NCBI GenBank assembly: GCA_028534125.1
Contig: CM052816.1
Coordinates: forward strand, 34,722,001 to 34,786,000
Source: Lama glama
Lineage: Eukaryota
Length of the DNA: 64,000 bases
Direction of reading: 5' to 3'
The position numbers and the translations under genes were made by a program. This document shows positions 1-11,624 of this stretch, piece by piece. The notes under the pieces were generated by a model. The model ran no database searches. It was given only the letters and a program-made list of their open reading frames with translations, and had not been told where the DNA came from. Position 1 is the first letter of the stretch, and each line of letters begins with the position of its first letter.

Positions 1-1187
1 TGTGGTAGCTGTCACTCACCTTTTCACTGTAATTTAAAATGTCCTCTCAAAGTGCAGCCAAGACCCTCACAAATGCTTTCTCAATGGAGGTCTTTCCTCA
101 ACAGACTAATTTTTTTTCTTCTTTACGTATGATTTAATTTTACTCTTTTCAGAGAATTATCTCTAAATATCCTATAAGCAAAAGATTCTGGAAGGAAAGT
201 TATGGTTCCTGGGTTTTCCTTTTGAGCATTTGAACTGCAGAATTCTACTGCAGAATAAATACTCTTGTTTGTTACAGGCACCTTATCTGCAGAAAACAGT
301 ACTCACACTTTCAGATAAGGCCACTGGATGTATTGGTGTTTCAGTCATAATTATGATGTGAAGATTAATCTCTACCTTTCTTGCTTAGATTTTTTTCTCT
401 GATATAGCTTCACTTTATTTTTTTTCATAAGTTCTCTACCATAAATAAACTTATAACTACAGAAATCCTTTTCCTGCATAAAAATCCTTTATTTATTTAT
501 TCACTGAAAAATCTGCTGCTTGCTCTAGCAGGGACACAAAGATGAAAAGCACATAGATTATTTCCTATGTTAATAAAATATTAATAATGGAAATATTCAT
601 GACGTCTTAACTATTACAGTACAGGAGAATGACATAGACAAACACTACTTAAATAAAATGGAAATATCTCATTAAATCACTAGATTCTACAATAAATATC
701 TTCTTTAAATATTAAAATTAAAGATAAGAAGCTGTGCTCTGTTATATGTAAATGTCCTAAAGAAAAATCAGGGGCTGGTTGAAGAATGATTCCCAAAGAA
801 ATTCAGGTCAAGAAGTTATAAACTGTTTGACAAAGGTAGAAATTCCATTTGTGATAAAATGACAAGACTGAGAAGGTGGAATAAGATTAAAGTCATGCAA
901 CAGACACTCAACAGGAGAAACAATCACAAATGTTGCAAATATTTTGTAATGGAAGGGAAAGAAAAAATGGCCACACTTTCTCCTATGACAGAGGGGATAA
1001 GGCTGAAAGAGCCTGGGAGTCTCAGTAGATTACAAATAACATGAGATTATCTTTGAGAGATTTAGAACATAATTAAAGTCATCATCCCAGAAGCAAGAAA
1101 AAAATGGCTACAGGCACAGCTTTAACCCCCAAATTCTGGAAAGCAGGCAGCCCCAGGATATGTGACCCTAGAGGAAGAAAGAGAGTA

Positions 1188-1222
1188 AGATGATGATGAT
1201 GGGTGATGATGATGGTGATGAT
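1188..1222. repeat. (GAT/GGT)n imperfect trinucleotide microsatellite
   Basis: gatgatgatgatgggtgatgatgatggtgatgata read directly. Confidence 0.85.
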
Positions 1223-1224
1223 AA

Positions 1225-1400
1225 AGAATAGCTACCTTACAGGGCACCTGCTGTGTAGCAGGCACTGTGCTCAGTACCTATCATTCCATTTCACTCTGAA
1301 TTACCCTTGGAGACCATCGTTATTAATGTTTTACTGAAGGGAAAAACCAAGGAGCGGAGAGGTGATGAAATTTTCACCAGGTCACTATTAGGTGATAACC
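1225..1400 (-). mobile_element. MIR SINE
   Basis: Reverse-complement MIR 3' end and core (gcaggcactgtgctcag ... ttttactgaagggaaaaaccaagg ... caggtcac). Confidence 0.7.
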
Positions 1401-2014
1401 TGTGGTTGGATGATTCCTCTTCCTCTTACCTCTCTCACTTGGGACACCCCTTCAGTGCTTCTCCATCCCTGCTATCCATCTCACGTGTAACTCTACATTC
1501 TCTGGAATGACACCCTTCCAGGTCCAGCCAGAGTCAGTAAGGGAACATTTATAAAATACAACAGACGTCTCCAGATGTAGGAGTTTATCTCTGCCTGTAC
1601 AATAAGCAGATAGACCCTGACTCCTATTGAAGCCATATTCATGCAAAATAATTGCATCCACCAAAGAGAACTGATCTTATTCAGGGGCTGATCACCTGGT
1701 CTGTGGATTGAGAGTTGATGATAAAACCTTGTCAACAAAGTTACTTTGAATTCATAGAGAATCTTTCATCTGAAAAGGCTTTATAGTTAAGAGATGAGTG
1801 ATTGCCCAGATTCTTGGCAAATTCTATGTTGGAGCTTAGAAAATAAACTACAGTTATGGATTTCCATATCATATTTTATGAGCAATGTATTTACCCTAAT
1901 TCCTACTTTTCATTCTGTACCTTTTAAACTATGTGATAAGATTTAAAGCACTACAGTCATTCTTCTAGTGGGTAGTTTGGCAACGTAGTTTTGCACATTT
2001 TAAGTTTCTATAAA

Positions 2015-2220
2015 TTAATAAAAATAATAGCAACTAATGTTTGTATAGCACTTTCAATTTATAGCTCTCTTTTCCAGACAGATAAGAGTATTGTTTCATT
2101 TTTTAGGTGAGAAAACTAGGATGGAAGAGTTTAGTGATATATCCAGGTTCACCTAACTAGTAAGAGTTAAGCCTGGTCCTTCCAGCTGCACATCAGAGGA
2201 GTTTTCTCCTGCCCACACTG
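2015..2220 (-). mobile_element. MIR SINE, degraded
   Basis: aataatagcaactaatgtttgtatagcacttt ... ttttaggtgagaaaactagg resembles the reversed MIR core. Confidence 0.65.
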
Positions 2221-2419
2221 CCCTTTGTTCCCAGTGTATGATATATTCTGTAGATTGTGAGTTAGTTCCTCAAGTCACCAGTGTAGCCTGGAAATAGGTA
2301 GGTGTTCAAACTGTGTGTTTAATGACTATTGAATAGGAAAGTATTTTTACTTACATTGTTTCTATTTATCTCATTTCCATAATTCATATAAAAAGCCCCT
2401 TTCTGTCATAAGTAGAGGC

Positions 2420-2555
2420 CTACCTGTATAGACAGGAAATGAGGTCCAGAGAGGTTAATTAAGTGCCTAGAGCCATATAAGTGATTTACTAGCAGAACAA
2501 GAAACACTGAGCTCCAATTCTATCTCATCTGAGTCGATCTTTGCCTTTCGCAGTG
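2420..2555 (-). mobile_element. MIR SINE fragment
   Basis: atagacaggaaatgaggtccagagaggttaattaagtgcctagagccata is a reversed MIR core. Confidence 0.65.
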
Positions 2556-3419
2556 TAAAATGCCAATCTCTGTCCAGCTTGCTCTGTTTTTCAGTGCATG
2601 CACTTTCCTGGTCATAAATGTTTTCTTTCTTGTATGCCTAGTCAGAAGCACATTTAAAGGAAGAGCATGACATATACTATATAAAAAGATAGTATTTATT
2701 GTTGAATATTTCCCATTCGAATCTCAACATCTCAGTCTAACTGGATGTCATTGATAAGAATTGGTAACGATCAAGTTTCAGGCAAACAACTCCATTTTAA
2801 ACATTGGTCACATTAAAAAAAACACTGATTTAGGAAATGGAACAAGATACAGATTTTTTTTTAAAGCTAAACAATTTCATGTGATTGCGTATAGGTAGTG
2901 ACAACATACCTTTAAATGTAAGACATTATTTGGATTTGTATTAAAAAATAGGAAAAAAATGAGTAATAAGTATTCCTAGTTTAAAAAAATCCAGCTCTTT
3001 GAGACATGAAGAATCACATGTCAATAACAATAGGAAAACCGCATCTTTTTCATAAGCAGATAGTGAAATTTTATCTTAATGGAGTGAATAGCAATCAAGA
3101 TGGTCCAAATTAATTTTCTAAAAAGGAAGAGTTGGGAATTTATCCTAAAATTTTATTAAAAATAATACTTTACTTAAATGACAATGAAGTATAATAATTT
3201 CAGCATTCCTTTTTTTTTATTAATGAACTAGAATTTACACATAGAATAAAAATGACATGTCTTCTATGGCTTATTGATTGCTTTTCTGCCAGTCACTTTC
3301 ATTTTCATCTCACTGAACTTCTGTTACAAATGGTATCCTGTATAAATGGAATTTTACTTTTTTATCAAAGAGTGGCGATTTCATTCTCTCCCTTAGAGAG
3401 AATCCACTGCAAAATAGAG

Positions 3420-3960
3420 CCAGCATAATTACATACGTACTTTTATAACTTCAGTATCATAATATTTTGATTTTGCTTTACATCACACACTTTCCCAGCT
3501 GGTGGGCAGCTTCGGTTTCAGCTTTGTGGATTATATTAGTAACGGGGGAAGGAGTTATCATACACATTATGAAACCAATGAAACCGACACTCTGGTGTTG
3601 TTTGCGGATACAATAATACATCTGTTTGATAGTCTTTGAGTTGCTTGGTTGTAACTTCTTGTACTCCAGGTGTGGTGGCACTTACAATTATTTATAGTGT
3701 GCTGGTGCTTACGCAGCAGCAGCAGCAGAATCTTAGTGCACGGTGGATAGCGCGGAAAGGAGAAAGACTTAGGAGAACTGATGAGGACCATAGAGACCAA
3801 GATGAGTCAAACGAGGTGATGCTGACAGAGGTCCACACAGTCAGAGCAAGTGAGGGGAGCAGATGACAAGAAAGCAGGCCGTCAGCACAGACAACACCTG
3901 CAGACCCTTCCCCAGGGTCTCATGAGGTGTAAGAGAAGAAGCAATTTCCTGCTTCAGTTT
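3420..3960. promoter_or_regulatory. Unique, relatively CpG-retaining segment with MEF2, AP-1 and E-box motifs; candidate enhancer or alternative promoter/first exon
   Basis: MEF2 consensus CTATAAATAA on the minus strand (3688-3697), AP-1 TGAGTCA (3803-3809), several CANNTG boxes, (CAG)5, and two minus-strand GTAAG donors (3681-3685, 3708-3712). Motif evidence only. Confidence 0.4.
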
Positions 3961-3985
3961 TGGAAGTCCACCGTTCTCATGGGAA

Positions 3986-4146
3986 GTAATTCTTCAACAC
4001 CGTGCGTATGAATCCCCTGGGGATCTTTTAAAATGCAGACTCTGATTTGAGAGGTCTGAGATGAGGCCTTCGAATTTCCATTTCTAGCGAGCTTCTAGAT
4101 GGTACTGATGCTGCTGATGCAGGGATCATATATTGTACAGCAGAGT
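3986..4146. mobile_element. MER5A-like hAT-Charlie DNA transposon (MITE)
   Basis: gaatcccctggggatcttttaaaatgcagactctga ... catttctagcgagcttctagatggtactgatgctgctg matches the recalled MER5A consensus. Confidence 0.8.
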
Positions 4147-4300
4147 CTTAGGACAACCCAGAGATGAGCAAAGCAGATAACTGAAAAGCTGACTAGAGTG
4201 AGGAGTGTAGAGTTGGGGAGCAAGTGTAGTTCCTAACAGAGGCAGAATTTGCACATTTATGGTATTTCAGGAGAAAAAGCAAACTTTGTTGGTGGCTTCT

Positions 4301-4734
4301 TGTTACACATTGACTTGCCCTCCAAAAAAGACACTGTGGAAGTCCTAACCTTCCAGGATTTTAGAATGTGATCTTACTTGAAAATAGGGTCTTTACAAAG
4401 GTAATCTAGTTCAAATGAGGTCATTAGGATGAAACCTAATTTAATATGACTGGTGCCCTTATAAAAGGGAAAATTTGGGCACAGATAGGGACATACACAA
4501 TGTGAAGACACATAGGGAGAAGAGGGCCATGTGACTGGAGTGACACATCTATAAGCCAGTGAACACCAAGGACTGCCAGCAAACTCCAGAAGCTAGAGGC
4601 AAGGCAGGATTCTTCCCTAGAGCACGGCCCTGCCAACACCTTCATTTCTGAATTCTAGCCTCCAGAACTGTGAGACAGTAAATTTCTGTTTTTAAGCCAA
4701 ACAGTTTTTATACTTTGTTACAGCAGCCTAATAC
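4301..4734 (+). mobile_element. MaLR solo LTR (MLT1B/MLT1C-like)
   Basis: TG...CA ends; gaatgtgatcttacttgaaaatagggtcttt; ctagcctccagaactgtgagacagtaaatttctg; tttgttacagcagcc. Confidence 0.85.
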
Positions 4735-6332
4735 ATGGCTAAATAGTAAGAATATTGACCTGCCACATTTATTTCTTTTTCAAATTGAAGTATAATTGGT
4801 TTATAATACTAATTTAGTTGTAAGTATGCAACATAGTGATTCAGTATGTATCTTCGTACATTACAAAATGATCACAAGTGTAGTTATCATCTGTCACCAT
4901 ACACATTTATTACAGTATTATTGACTATATTCCCTGTGCTCTACATTGCATCCCTATGACTTATTTATTTTACAACCTCTTAATCTCCCTCACCTATGTC
5001 ATCCATCCCCTTCACTCCTTTCCCCACTGGCAACTACCAGTTTGTTCTTTGTTTCTATGAGTCTGTTTTGTTTCATGTTTGCTCCTTTGTTCTGTTTTTT
5101 TAGATTCCACATAGAAATTAAATCATACAGTATTTGTTTTTCTCTGACTTATTTCATTTAACATAATACTCTATAAGTGTATCCATGTTTTTACAAATGG
5201 CAAGATTTCAGATTTCATTCTTTTTCATGGTTGAGTAATATTCCAGTGTTTTTTTCTTTTTCTTTCTTTTTTCTTTTTTTTTTTTTATTTTTGTATGTGT
5301 GTGTCTCTTCATCTGTTGATGAACAGTTTTATTCTACACTTCATTTTGTCCATTCATCTGTTGGTGGATGAATGGTTACCCAGTCATCTGCCATTATCCA
5401 TTCATTTGTTGATGGACACTTAATTTGTTTCCATATCTTGGTGATTGTAAATAATGCTGCAGTGAACATGGGGTACATATATCTTTTCAAATGAATGTTT
5501 TTGTTTTCTTCAGAAAAATATCCAGAAGAAGAATTGCTGAATTTTATGGTAGTTCTACTTTTAATTTTTTTAAGCAACCTCCGTATGGTTTTCCATAGTG
5601 ACTGTAAAAATTTACATTCTCATCTACAGTGCATGAGTGTTCCCTTTTCTCCACATTCTCACCAGCCCTTGTTATTTCTTGTTTTTTTGATAATAGCTAT
5701 TCTGATAGGTGCGAAGTGGTATCTTGTGATTTTAATTTGCATTTCCCTAATGATTAGTGATGTTGAGCATCTTTTCATGTGTATTTTGTTCATCTCTATG
5801 TCTTCTTTGGAAAAATGTCTGTTCAGGTCCTCTGCCCATTTTTTAATCAGGTTGTTTGGTTTTTGGATATTTAGTTGTATGAGTTCTTTCTATACTTTGG
5901 ATATTAACCCTTCTTCAGATATATCATTTGCAAATATCTTCTCCCATTGAGAAGACTGCCTTTTCATTTTGTTGATAATTTTCTTCGCTGTGCAAAAGCT
6001 TTTTAATTTGATATTATGCCATTTGTTTATTTTTGCTTTTGTTTCCCTTGCCTGAGAAGACAACCAAAAAAAAAATATTGCTAAGACCAACGTCAAAGAA
6101 TATGCTGCCTATGTGTTCTTCTAGGAGTTTTATGGTTTTAGGTCTTACATTTAAGTCTTTAATTCATTTTGAGTTTATTTTTTATATGATGTGAGAAAGT
6201 AGGCAGGTTGATTCTTTTGCATGCAGTTGTCCAGTTTCCCCAACTTATTGAAGAGGCTGTCTTTTCCCCCATTGTATATTCCTGCCTCTTTTGTTGTAGA
6301 TTAAGTGACCATATAAGTATGGATTTATTTCT

Positions 6333-6565
6333 TTTTTTAAACATTTTTAATTGATTTATAATCATTTTACAATGTTGTGTCAAATTCCAGTGTAGAGCAC
6401 AATTTTTCAGTTATATATGAACATATATATATTCATTGTCACATTTTTTTCTCTGTGAGCTACCATAAGATCTTGTATATATTTCCCTGTGCTATACAGT
6501 ATAATCTTGTCTATTCTACATTTTGAAATCCTAGTCTATCCCTTCCCACCCCCCACCCCCTTTCA
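6333..6565 (-). mobile_element. Young camelid-type L1 3'-end fragment nested in the older L1
   Basis: acaatgttgtgtcaaattccagtgtagagcacaatttttcag 3'UTR shared with copies at 13703 and 18793; TSD atttatttct 6323-6332 / 6566-6575. Confidence 0.9.
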
Positions 6566-6792
6566 ATTTATTTCTGTTGTCTCTATTCTGTTTCATTGAT
6601 ATGTGGGTCTGTTTTTGTACCAGTGCCTTACTGTTTTGATCACTGTAGGTTTCCAGTATAGTTTGAAATCAGGAGCATACCTCCACCTTCAATCTTCTTT
6701 CTCAATATTGTTTTGGCTACTTGAGGTCTTTTGTGTTTCCATACAAATTTTAGACTTATTTGTTCAAGTTCTGTGAAAAACACCATTGATAT

Positions 6793-6872
6793 ATTTTTTT
6801 TACTTATGTATATGCAGTTTCCAGTGTGTCAATTTCTGGTGTACAGCATAATGTTTCAGTTATTCATATACA
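6793..6872 (-). mobile_element. Very short L1 3'-terminal fragment nested in the older L1
   Basis: T-run followed by gtgtgtcaatttctggtgtacagcataatgtttcagtt interrupts host ORF2 (ccattgat...attttgataggg). Confidence 0.7.
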
Positions 6873-8159
6873 TAATTTTGATAGGGATTACACTGAATCT
6901 GCAGATTGCCTTGGGTAGTATGGTCATTTTGACAATATTAATTCTACCTATTCAGGAGCATAGCATATCTTTTCATTTGTTTGTGTTGTCTTCAGTTTCT
7001 TTCATCATTGTCTTATAATTTTCCAAGTATAAAGTCTTTTACCTCCTTGGTTGAATTTCTTTCTTGATATTTTATACTTTTTGATGCAATTGTAAATAGG
7101 ATTATTTTCTTCATTTCTTTCTGATGGCTCCTTGTTATTGCATAAAAATACAACAGATTTCTGTATATTAATTTTGTAACCTAAAACTTCACTGAATTTA
7201 CTTATGAGTTCTAGTAGTCTTTTGGTGGTATCTTTAGGATTTTCTATAAATGGTATCATGTCATCTGCAAACAGTGACAGTTTACTGCTTTCCTTCTTTC
7301 TAATTTTGATTCCTTTCATTTCTTTTTTTTCCTGATTGCTGTGGCTAGAACTTTCAATACTATATTAAATAAAAGCGGTGAGAGTGACATTCTTGTTCCT
7401 TATCTTAGAGGAAGTGCTTTCAGCTTTTCATCATTAAGTATGATGTTGGCTGTGAGTTTGTCATATATGGCCTTTATTATGTGAAAATATGTTCCCTGTA
7501 TACCCACTTTGTTGAGTTTTATCATAAATGGATGTTCAATTTTGTTAGAAGCTTTTTCTGTATGTATTGAGATCATATGATTTTTATTCTTCAGTTTGTG
7601 AAAGTGGCATCTCACCTTGACTGATTTGTAAATATTGAACCATCCTTGCAACCCTAGGATGCATCTCAGTTGGTGTATGATCCTTTTAATGCATTGTTAA
7701 ATTCAGTTTTCTAGTATTTAGTTGAAAATTTGTACATCCATGTTCATCAGTGATGTTGGCCTGTAATTTTCTTTTTTGTATTGTCTTTGTCTGGTTTTGG
7801 TATCAGGGTGATGGTGGCCTCATAGTATGAGTTCTATGAACCCCAGGCTAGGACTTCTTGCTCCTTGGGGAGAACCTCTGCAGTCGTGATGATCTTCCCA
7901 CTTATGGATCACCTACCCAGGAGTGTGTGTCTGGACTATACCACGTCTCTGCCTCTCCTATTCTCCCATTGTAGTTCCTTCTTTATATCTTTAGTTGTGG
8001 CAAATCTTTTCTGTTAGTCTTCAGGTTGTTTTCATAGATAGTTGCTATGTAAATAGTTGTAATTTTGGTGTACCTATGTGAGGAGATGAGTTCAAGGTCT
8101 TCCTACTCAGCCATCTTGGCCACACTTTGCTTTGACACATTTTTGAACAAATAGTCAAC

Positions 8160-8280
8160 AAGAAGAAAACTAGACATGGAAAGATTTAGCTCATTTCCCA
8201 AGGTGTGTAACTATTTAATAGAAAGAAGGTCTGGAAACTAGGTCTCCTAGTTGTTAGACAGTGCCTTTCCACTTCAGTAG
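8160..8280 (-). mobile_element. MIR fragment
   Basis: gaagaaaactagacatggaaagatttagctcatttcccaaggt is a reversed MIR core. Confidence 0.5.
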
Positions 8281-8322
8281 GCTTCTTCCCAAGAGCACAG
8301 ATAAATGGACTAATCAATAAAG

Positions 8323-8602
8323 CAGCATTTCACAAACCTGTGTTCTGCAGAACCTTTTTCAGTGTTTTGTTAACAGGTACTGCAAAGGGTTTATGGTTAG
8401 ATTGCAAAACACTTTAAATTCAAATACACATTAACTTAATTAAAGATCTGGGTAAAACCTATCAAAACCCCAACCCATTAGAAAAACTTACCAAGCATGT
8501 TAAATGTGATGAACCAGCAGTTCCCTAATTTTTATAGCACAGTATACTTTTTCTGCCATACTCTTCTTAGCATCCTAGAGGATACTACTTTAGGAAATGC
8601 TG
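8323..8602. mobile_element. Ancient hAT-Charlie-like MITE
   Basis: Imperfect terminal inverted repeats cagcatttcacaaa / tttaggaaatgctg about 280 bp apart; no recognisable TSD. Confidence 0.55.
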
Positions 8603-9724
8603 GATGTGAGGGTAAAATTCATTGCAAGTAAGAAAATTCATACAACAAAACAGCTACTTGAAAATTTAACTGCATTTTACTCTAAGTTATCCAGGAGTCT
8701 ACCTGAGTTGTTTGTTGTTGTTTCCTTAAGGTAGGAGAGATGATGCCCTCTGGGAAGAATTTAAAGAGTAAATTTAAAGGTCTATCATAAAAGTGAAGTA
8801 AGAGATCAGTCAGAGTGACATGGGGCAAAATGGAATCAAGCAAAACTGATGGGGTTTGTGAAGAAGAAATGAGGACAGGAAAATCAAATATTTAAGGCCT
8901 ATTTCTGCAGTTAGTTTTTCTTCAGAAAAACCCCAATGAGCATAAAGAAAGATTTTTGACATTTAGTGAACTTCATATCACTGGTGAGGAAAAACCACTG
9001 CACAAGTGTACAATGGATGACACATTTTCAGTGTTATATTCCATATCTGTTGCACCTCCCAAGGCTACCATAACATTTGGGTGGGTACAATGACACCACC
9101 CAGGGGTACAGTTCACACTGGATGCTGCAGATTTGTGTAATGATTGGAACAATTTTGGCAGTAAGATTCCAACAAAATCAGCAATATAACAACTGCAAAC
9201 AGATGGAAGCAAAGTATCCTGAGGAAAGGGGGCCTTTTTCAAAGCTACCAATGAGTTACCTGAGTTGGCATCAACCCTAGGACCCTTTCTCACTACCTAC
9301 AATGTTCAGAACACCATTTCAGCCAGGAGAACTGTGTGATATCACCATCTGACATTCGGATGACAAAAGAATGCTATAAGAAAAATGATGCTGTTCCATC
9401 CAGTGTACTTTCACTTTGTGTGGAGACCTGGGCCATATGCCCTGAAGGCCCCTTACCCTGAGGAGCTAAGAATCTAACCAGACATGAAGAATAAGTCTCT
9501 CACTTGGGGATATTCATGAATTCTTCAAAACTGTTTATTCTAGGTGTGTTAATAAGAATCACTGTGCTTGGAAACAGAAGCGATTGATACACAGAATTGA
9601 GTTTTAAATGCTATTTTCACATACAAGGACAATACATTTTGAAATGTTAAAGTTGAGAATTTTAAAGACATAAACGGTATTACTCATTCAAAAGTGACAA
9701 AAGTGAAACATTAAAACTAAGTCA

Positions 9725-10435
9725 GTACATTCCAGACATCATTTTAGCTGTTGGAGACAGCAGGGTCAAAACAGGCACAGCTTCATCTCCTTGGAGCTTA
9801 TAGTCTAGGGCAGAAAACAGACTACACAGATTGTCACAGAAATAATAATATGACTATTCTTGTAAAAATTTAAGGAGGTAAAATTACAAAGTGTCTTAAG
9901 TGCTTATGATAGAGGGTCCCTATCAAGACCAGAGAGTCCTTCCTGAGGAAGGCACCTTTAAGCTGTGATGTGAAGATTGAGTGAAGTCAGGTAGGAAAGG
10001 CATGGGGAACAAGAGTTCCAGGCAGTGGAGAGATGTGTAGGTGGCCCCAGGCAGGAAGAGCTTCAGGTGTTCAAGATACAGAAGAAGCCAGAGCAGCCAC
10101 AGAATTATAGGTGAAAGAAAAAGGATTGATTAGAGGAGGCAAGTGAATGAGATTACGCAGGTCCTTCTAGGTTAGGCTAAAGATGTTAAATTCTTTCATG
10201 AGAGCAAAGTGGAGCCTTTGAAGCTTCTTAAGCAGGGAAGAGATACTCGATTTTAAAAGCCTGCTTTGTCTGCTGTATGTGAAAAAATTGAAAGCAGAAC
10301 GAATAGAGCAGAGAGACCAGTTGCCTATTGTATTTGTTCAAGTGGGAGATGGTAATTTAGCCTTTAAGAATGTCAGTAAAGAGGGAGAGAAGTGGACAGG
10401 TTGAGATATATATTGGAGGTAGTATCTATAGGAAA
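9725..10435 (-). mobile_element. L2 LINE 3' region
   Basis: ttggagacagcag ... ccttggagcttatagtctagg ... cttcctgaggaagg ... ttaagcagggaagaga ... gagggagagaagtggacag, typical reversed L2. Confidence 0.8.
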
Positions 10436-10599
10436 TATAATTAGTTATAAAATGAATAATTTATGCTAATAAAGGCACATGAGTGAAAATGGGATAATTC
10501 TCCCCAAAACTGTGTGTTTACACAGTGTTATATATAATTTAAATGATAACATTTCATGCTTCTATGGTGCATGAAATTTACTAAGCATTTCCTCAAAGA

Positions 10600-10935
10600 T
10601 GAAAAAATATTAATTGAGCACCTGTTATGAGCCAGACTCTGTTCTAATACTGAAGATACAGATAACATGACAGACAAAATCCATACCCTCATAAAGCTTG
10701 CCTTCTGATGATGGAGGCAATCAGTGACGTAAGCAAAAAGGTACCATATCAGGTGGCAATAATGTTTGTAAGGTAAAGCGAAGCAGGCTAAGGAGCTGGG
10801 GATGGGAGGACAGGGCTTTTCTGGCTACTTTGCTTGTCAAGAAAGACCTCTCTAATGAAGTAACGTTTGGATAGATATCCAACTGAAGTGAAGGGACTGG
10901 GCATGCAAAGATACGGGGAGAAAATGTTGGGAGGT
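10600..10935 (-). mobile_element. L2 LINE 3' end
   Basis: aaatattaattgagcacctgttatgagccagactctgttctaatactgaagatacag. Confidence 0.8.
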
Positions 10936-10959
10936 GAGGTTGGAGAGAGTAGGAGAGAT

Positions 10960-11258
10960 CCTCCTGGATCCTGTTGTCAGAGAATCTATTCCCCAGCATC
11001 TCCCTTGTGAAGTGATTATAGACTGGCTGGGTTCTTCCACCAAAGATCACTGATCTCTCAGGGTGGTCTACTCTTTACAATAAACTCTGTTTTCTTCCAG
11101 AACCGAGATGGAGCAGTCCTGCTCATGCCATCCCTTGTTCCTGTGCTATCCATTTCCATGCCTGTATCTTTGTAACTAGTCCTTTGTAAATAAACCCTCC
11201 TCAAATTATGCTAATATGTATATACTATCTCTTTCCTATTAGAACTCCAACTGATACA
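10960..11258 (+). mobile_element. ERVL-class LTR fragment (LTR33/LTR41-like 3' part)
   Basis: aataaaccctcctcaaattat ... tctctttcctattagaactccaactgataca LTR 3' terminus. Confidence 0.6.
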
Positions 11259-11624
11259 GTGTTAAATAAATGCTTAGATGAGAAACTAGATGAAATCATG
11301 GTCCAGATATGAATTTGGATTTTAATTTTTTATGGATAATCCACAAAGTGATTTTACAGACACTGATTCCAAGTTAAATATAGTAGGAAGATAGAAGCAC
11401 CAACCCATTTTCACTTGAGTGATTTAGTTTTTTTCTATTAACTTTCATTTAAAGCAAACATATTTAAGATAACTCTAAGATTGCTCAATAAAATCTCTTC
11501 AAGTTTTGCTTTAGATCCTGATTTGGAACATTGTCATTTTCATTTCTACTTTAAAATTTTAGGCTTTTCCTTAAGTCTTTATCCATATAAAAATTGCTTC
11601 TGATATAAAGAAGCAATTTACTAA

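Larger units (their letters stand above)
4771..8132 (-). mobile_element. L1 LINE (L1MA9-like/laurasiatherian): 3'UTR plus ORF2 C-terminal half joined directly to about 300 bp of 5'UTR
   Basis: ORF track shows ORF2 motifs MQGWFNI (7400-7651), KLSLFADDMI (7005-7319), KLKSFCTAK (5890-6096) and PMFTAALFTI (5341-5577); YY1-type 5' terminus gccatcttgg at 8110-8119; candidate TSD tgccacattt 4761-4770 / tgacacattt 8133-8142. Confidence 0.9.

Noticed and set aside
3714..3728. (CAG)5 as a polyglutamine coding tract
   Set aside because: Only five units in a short ORF with non-ATG start and no recognisable protein.
5495..5950. 151-aa hydrophobic ORF on the plus strand
   Set aside because: Antisense reading of L1 ORF2; T-rich antisense L1 routinely yields false membrane-protein-like ORFs. 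The same applies at 15942, 17986 and 33297-33649.
5341..7651. ORFs with reverse-transcriptase-like motifs (FADDM etc.)
   Set aside because: Frameshifted, stop-interrupted L1 ORF2 remnants, not a functional gene or a novel RT system.
8602..8612. GGATGTGAGGG resembling the 7SK 5' end
   Set aside because: Similarity stops after 11 nt; chance match.
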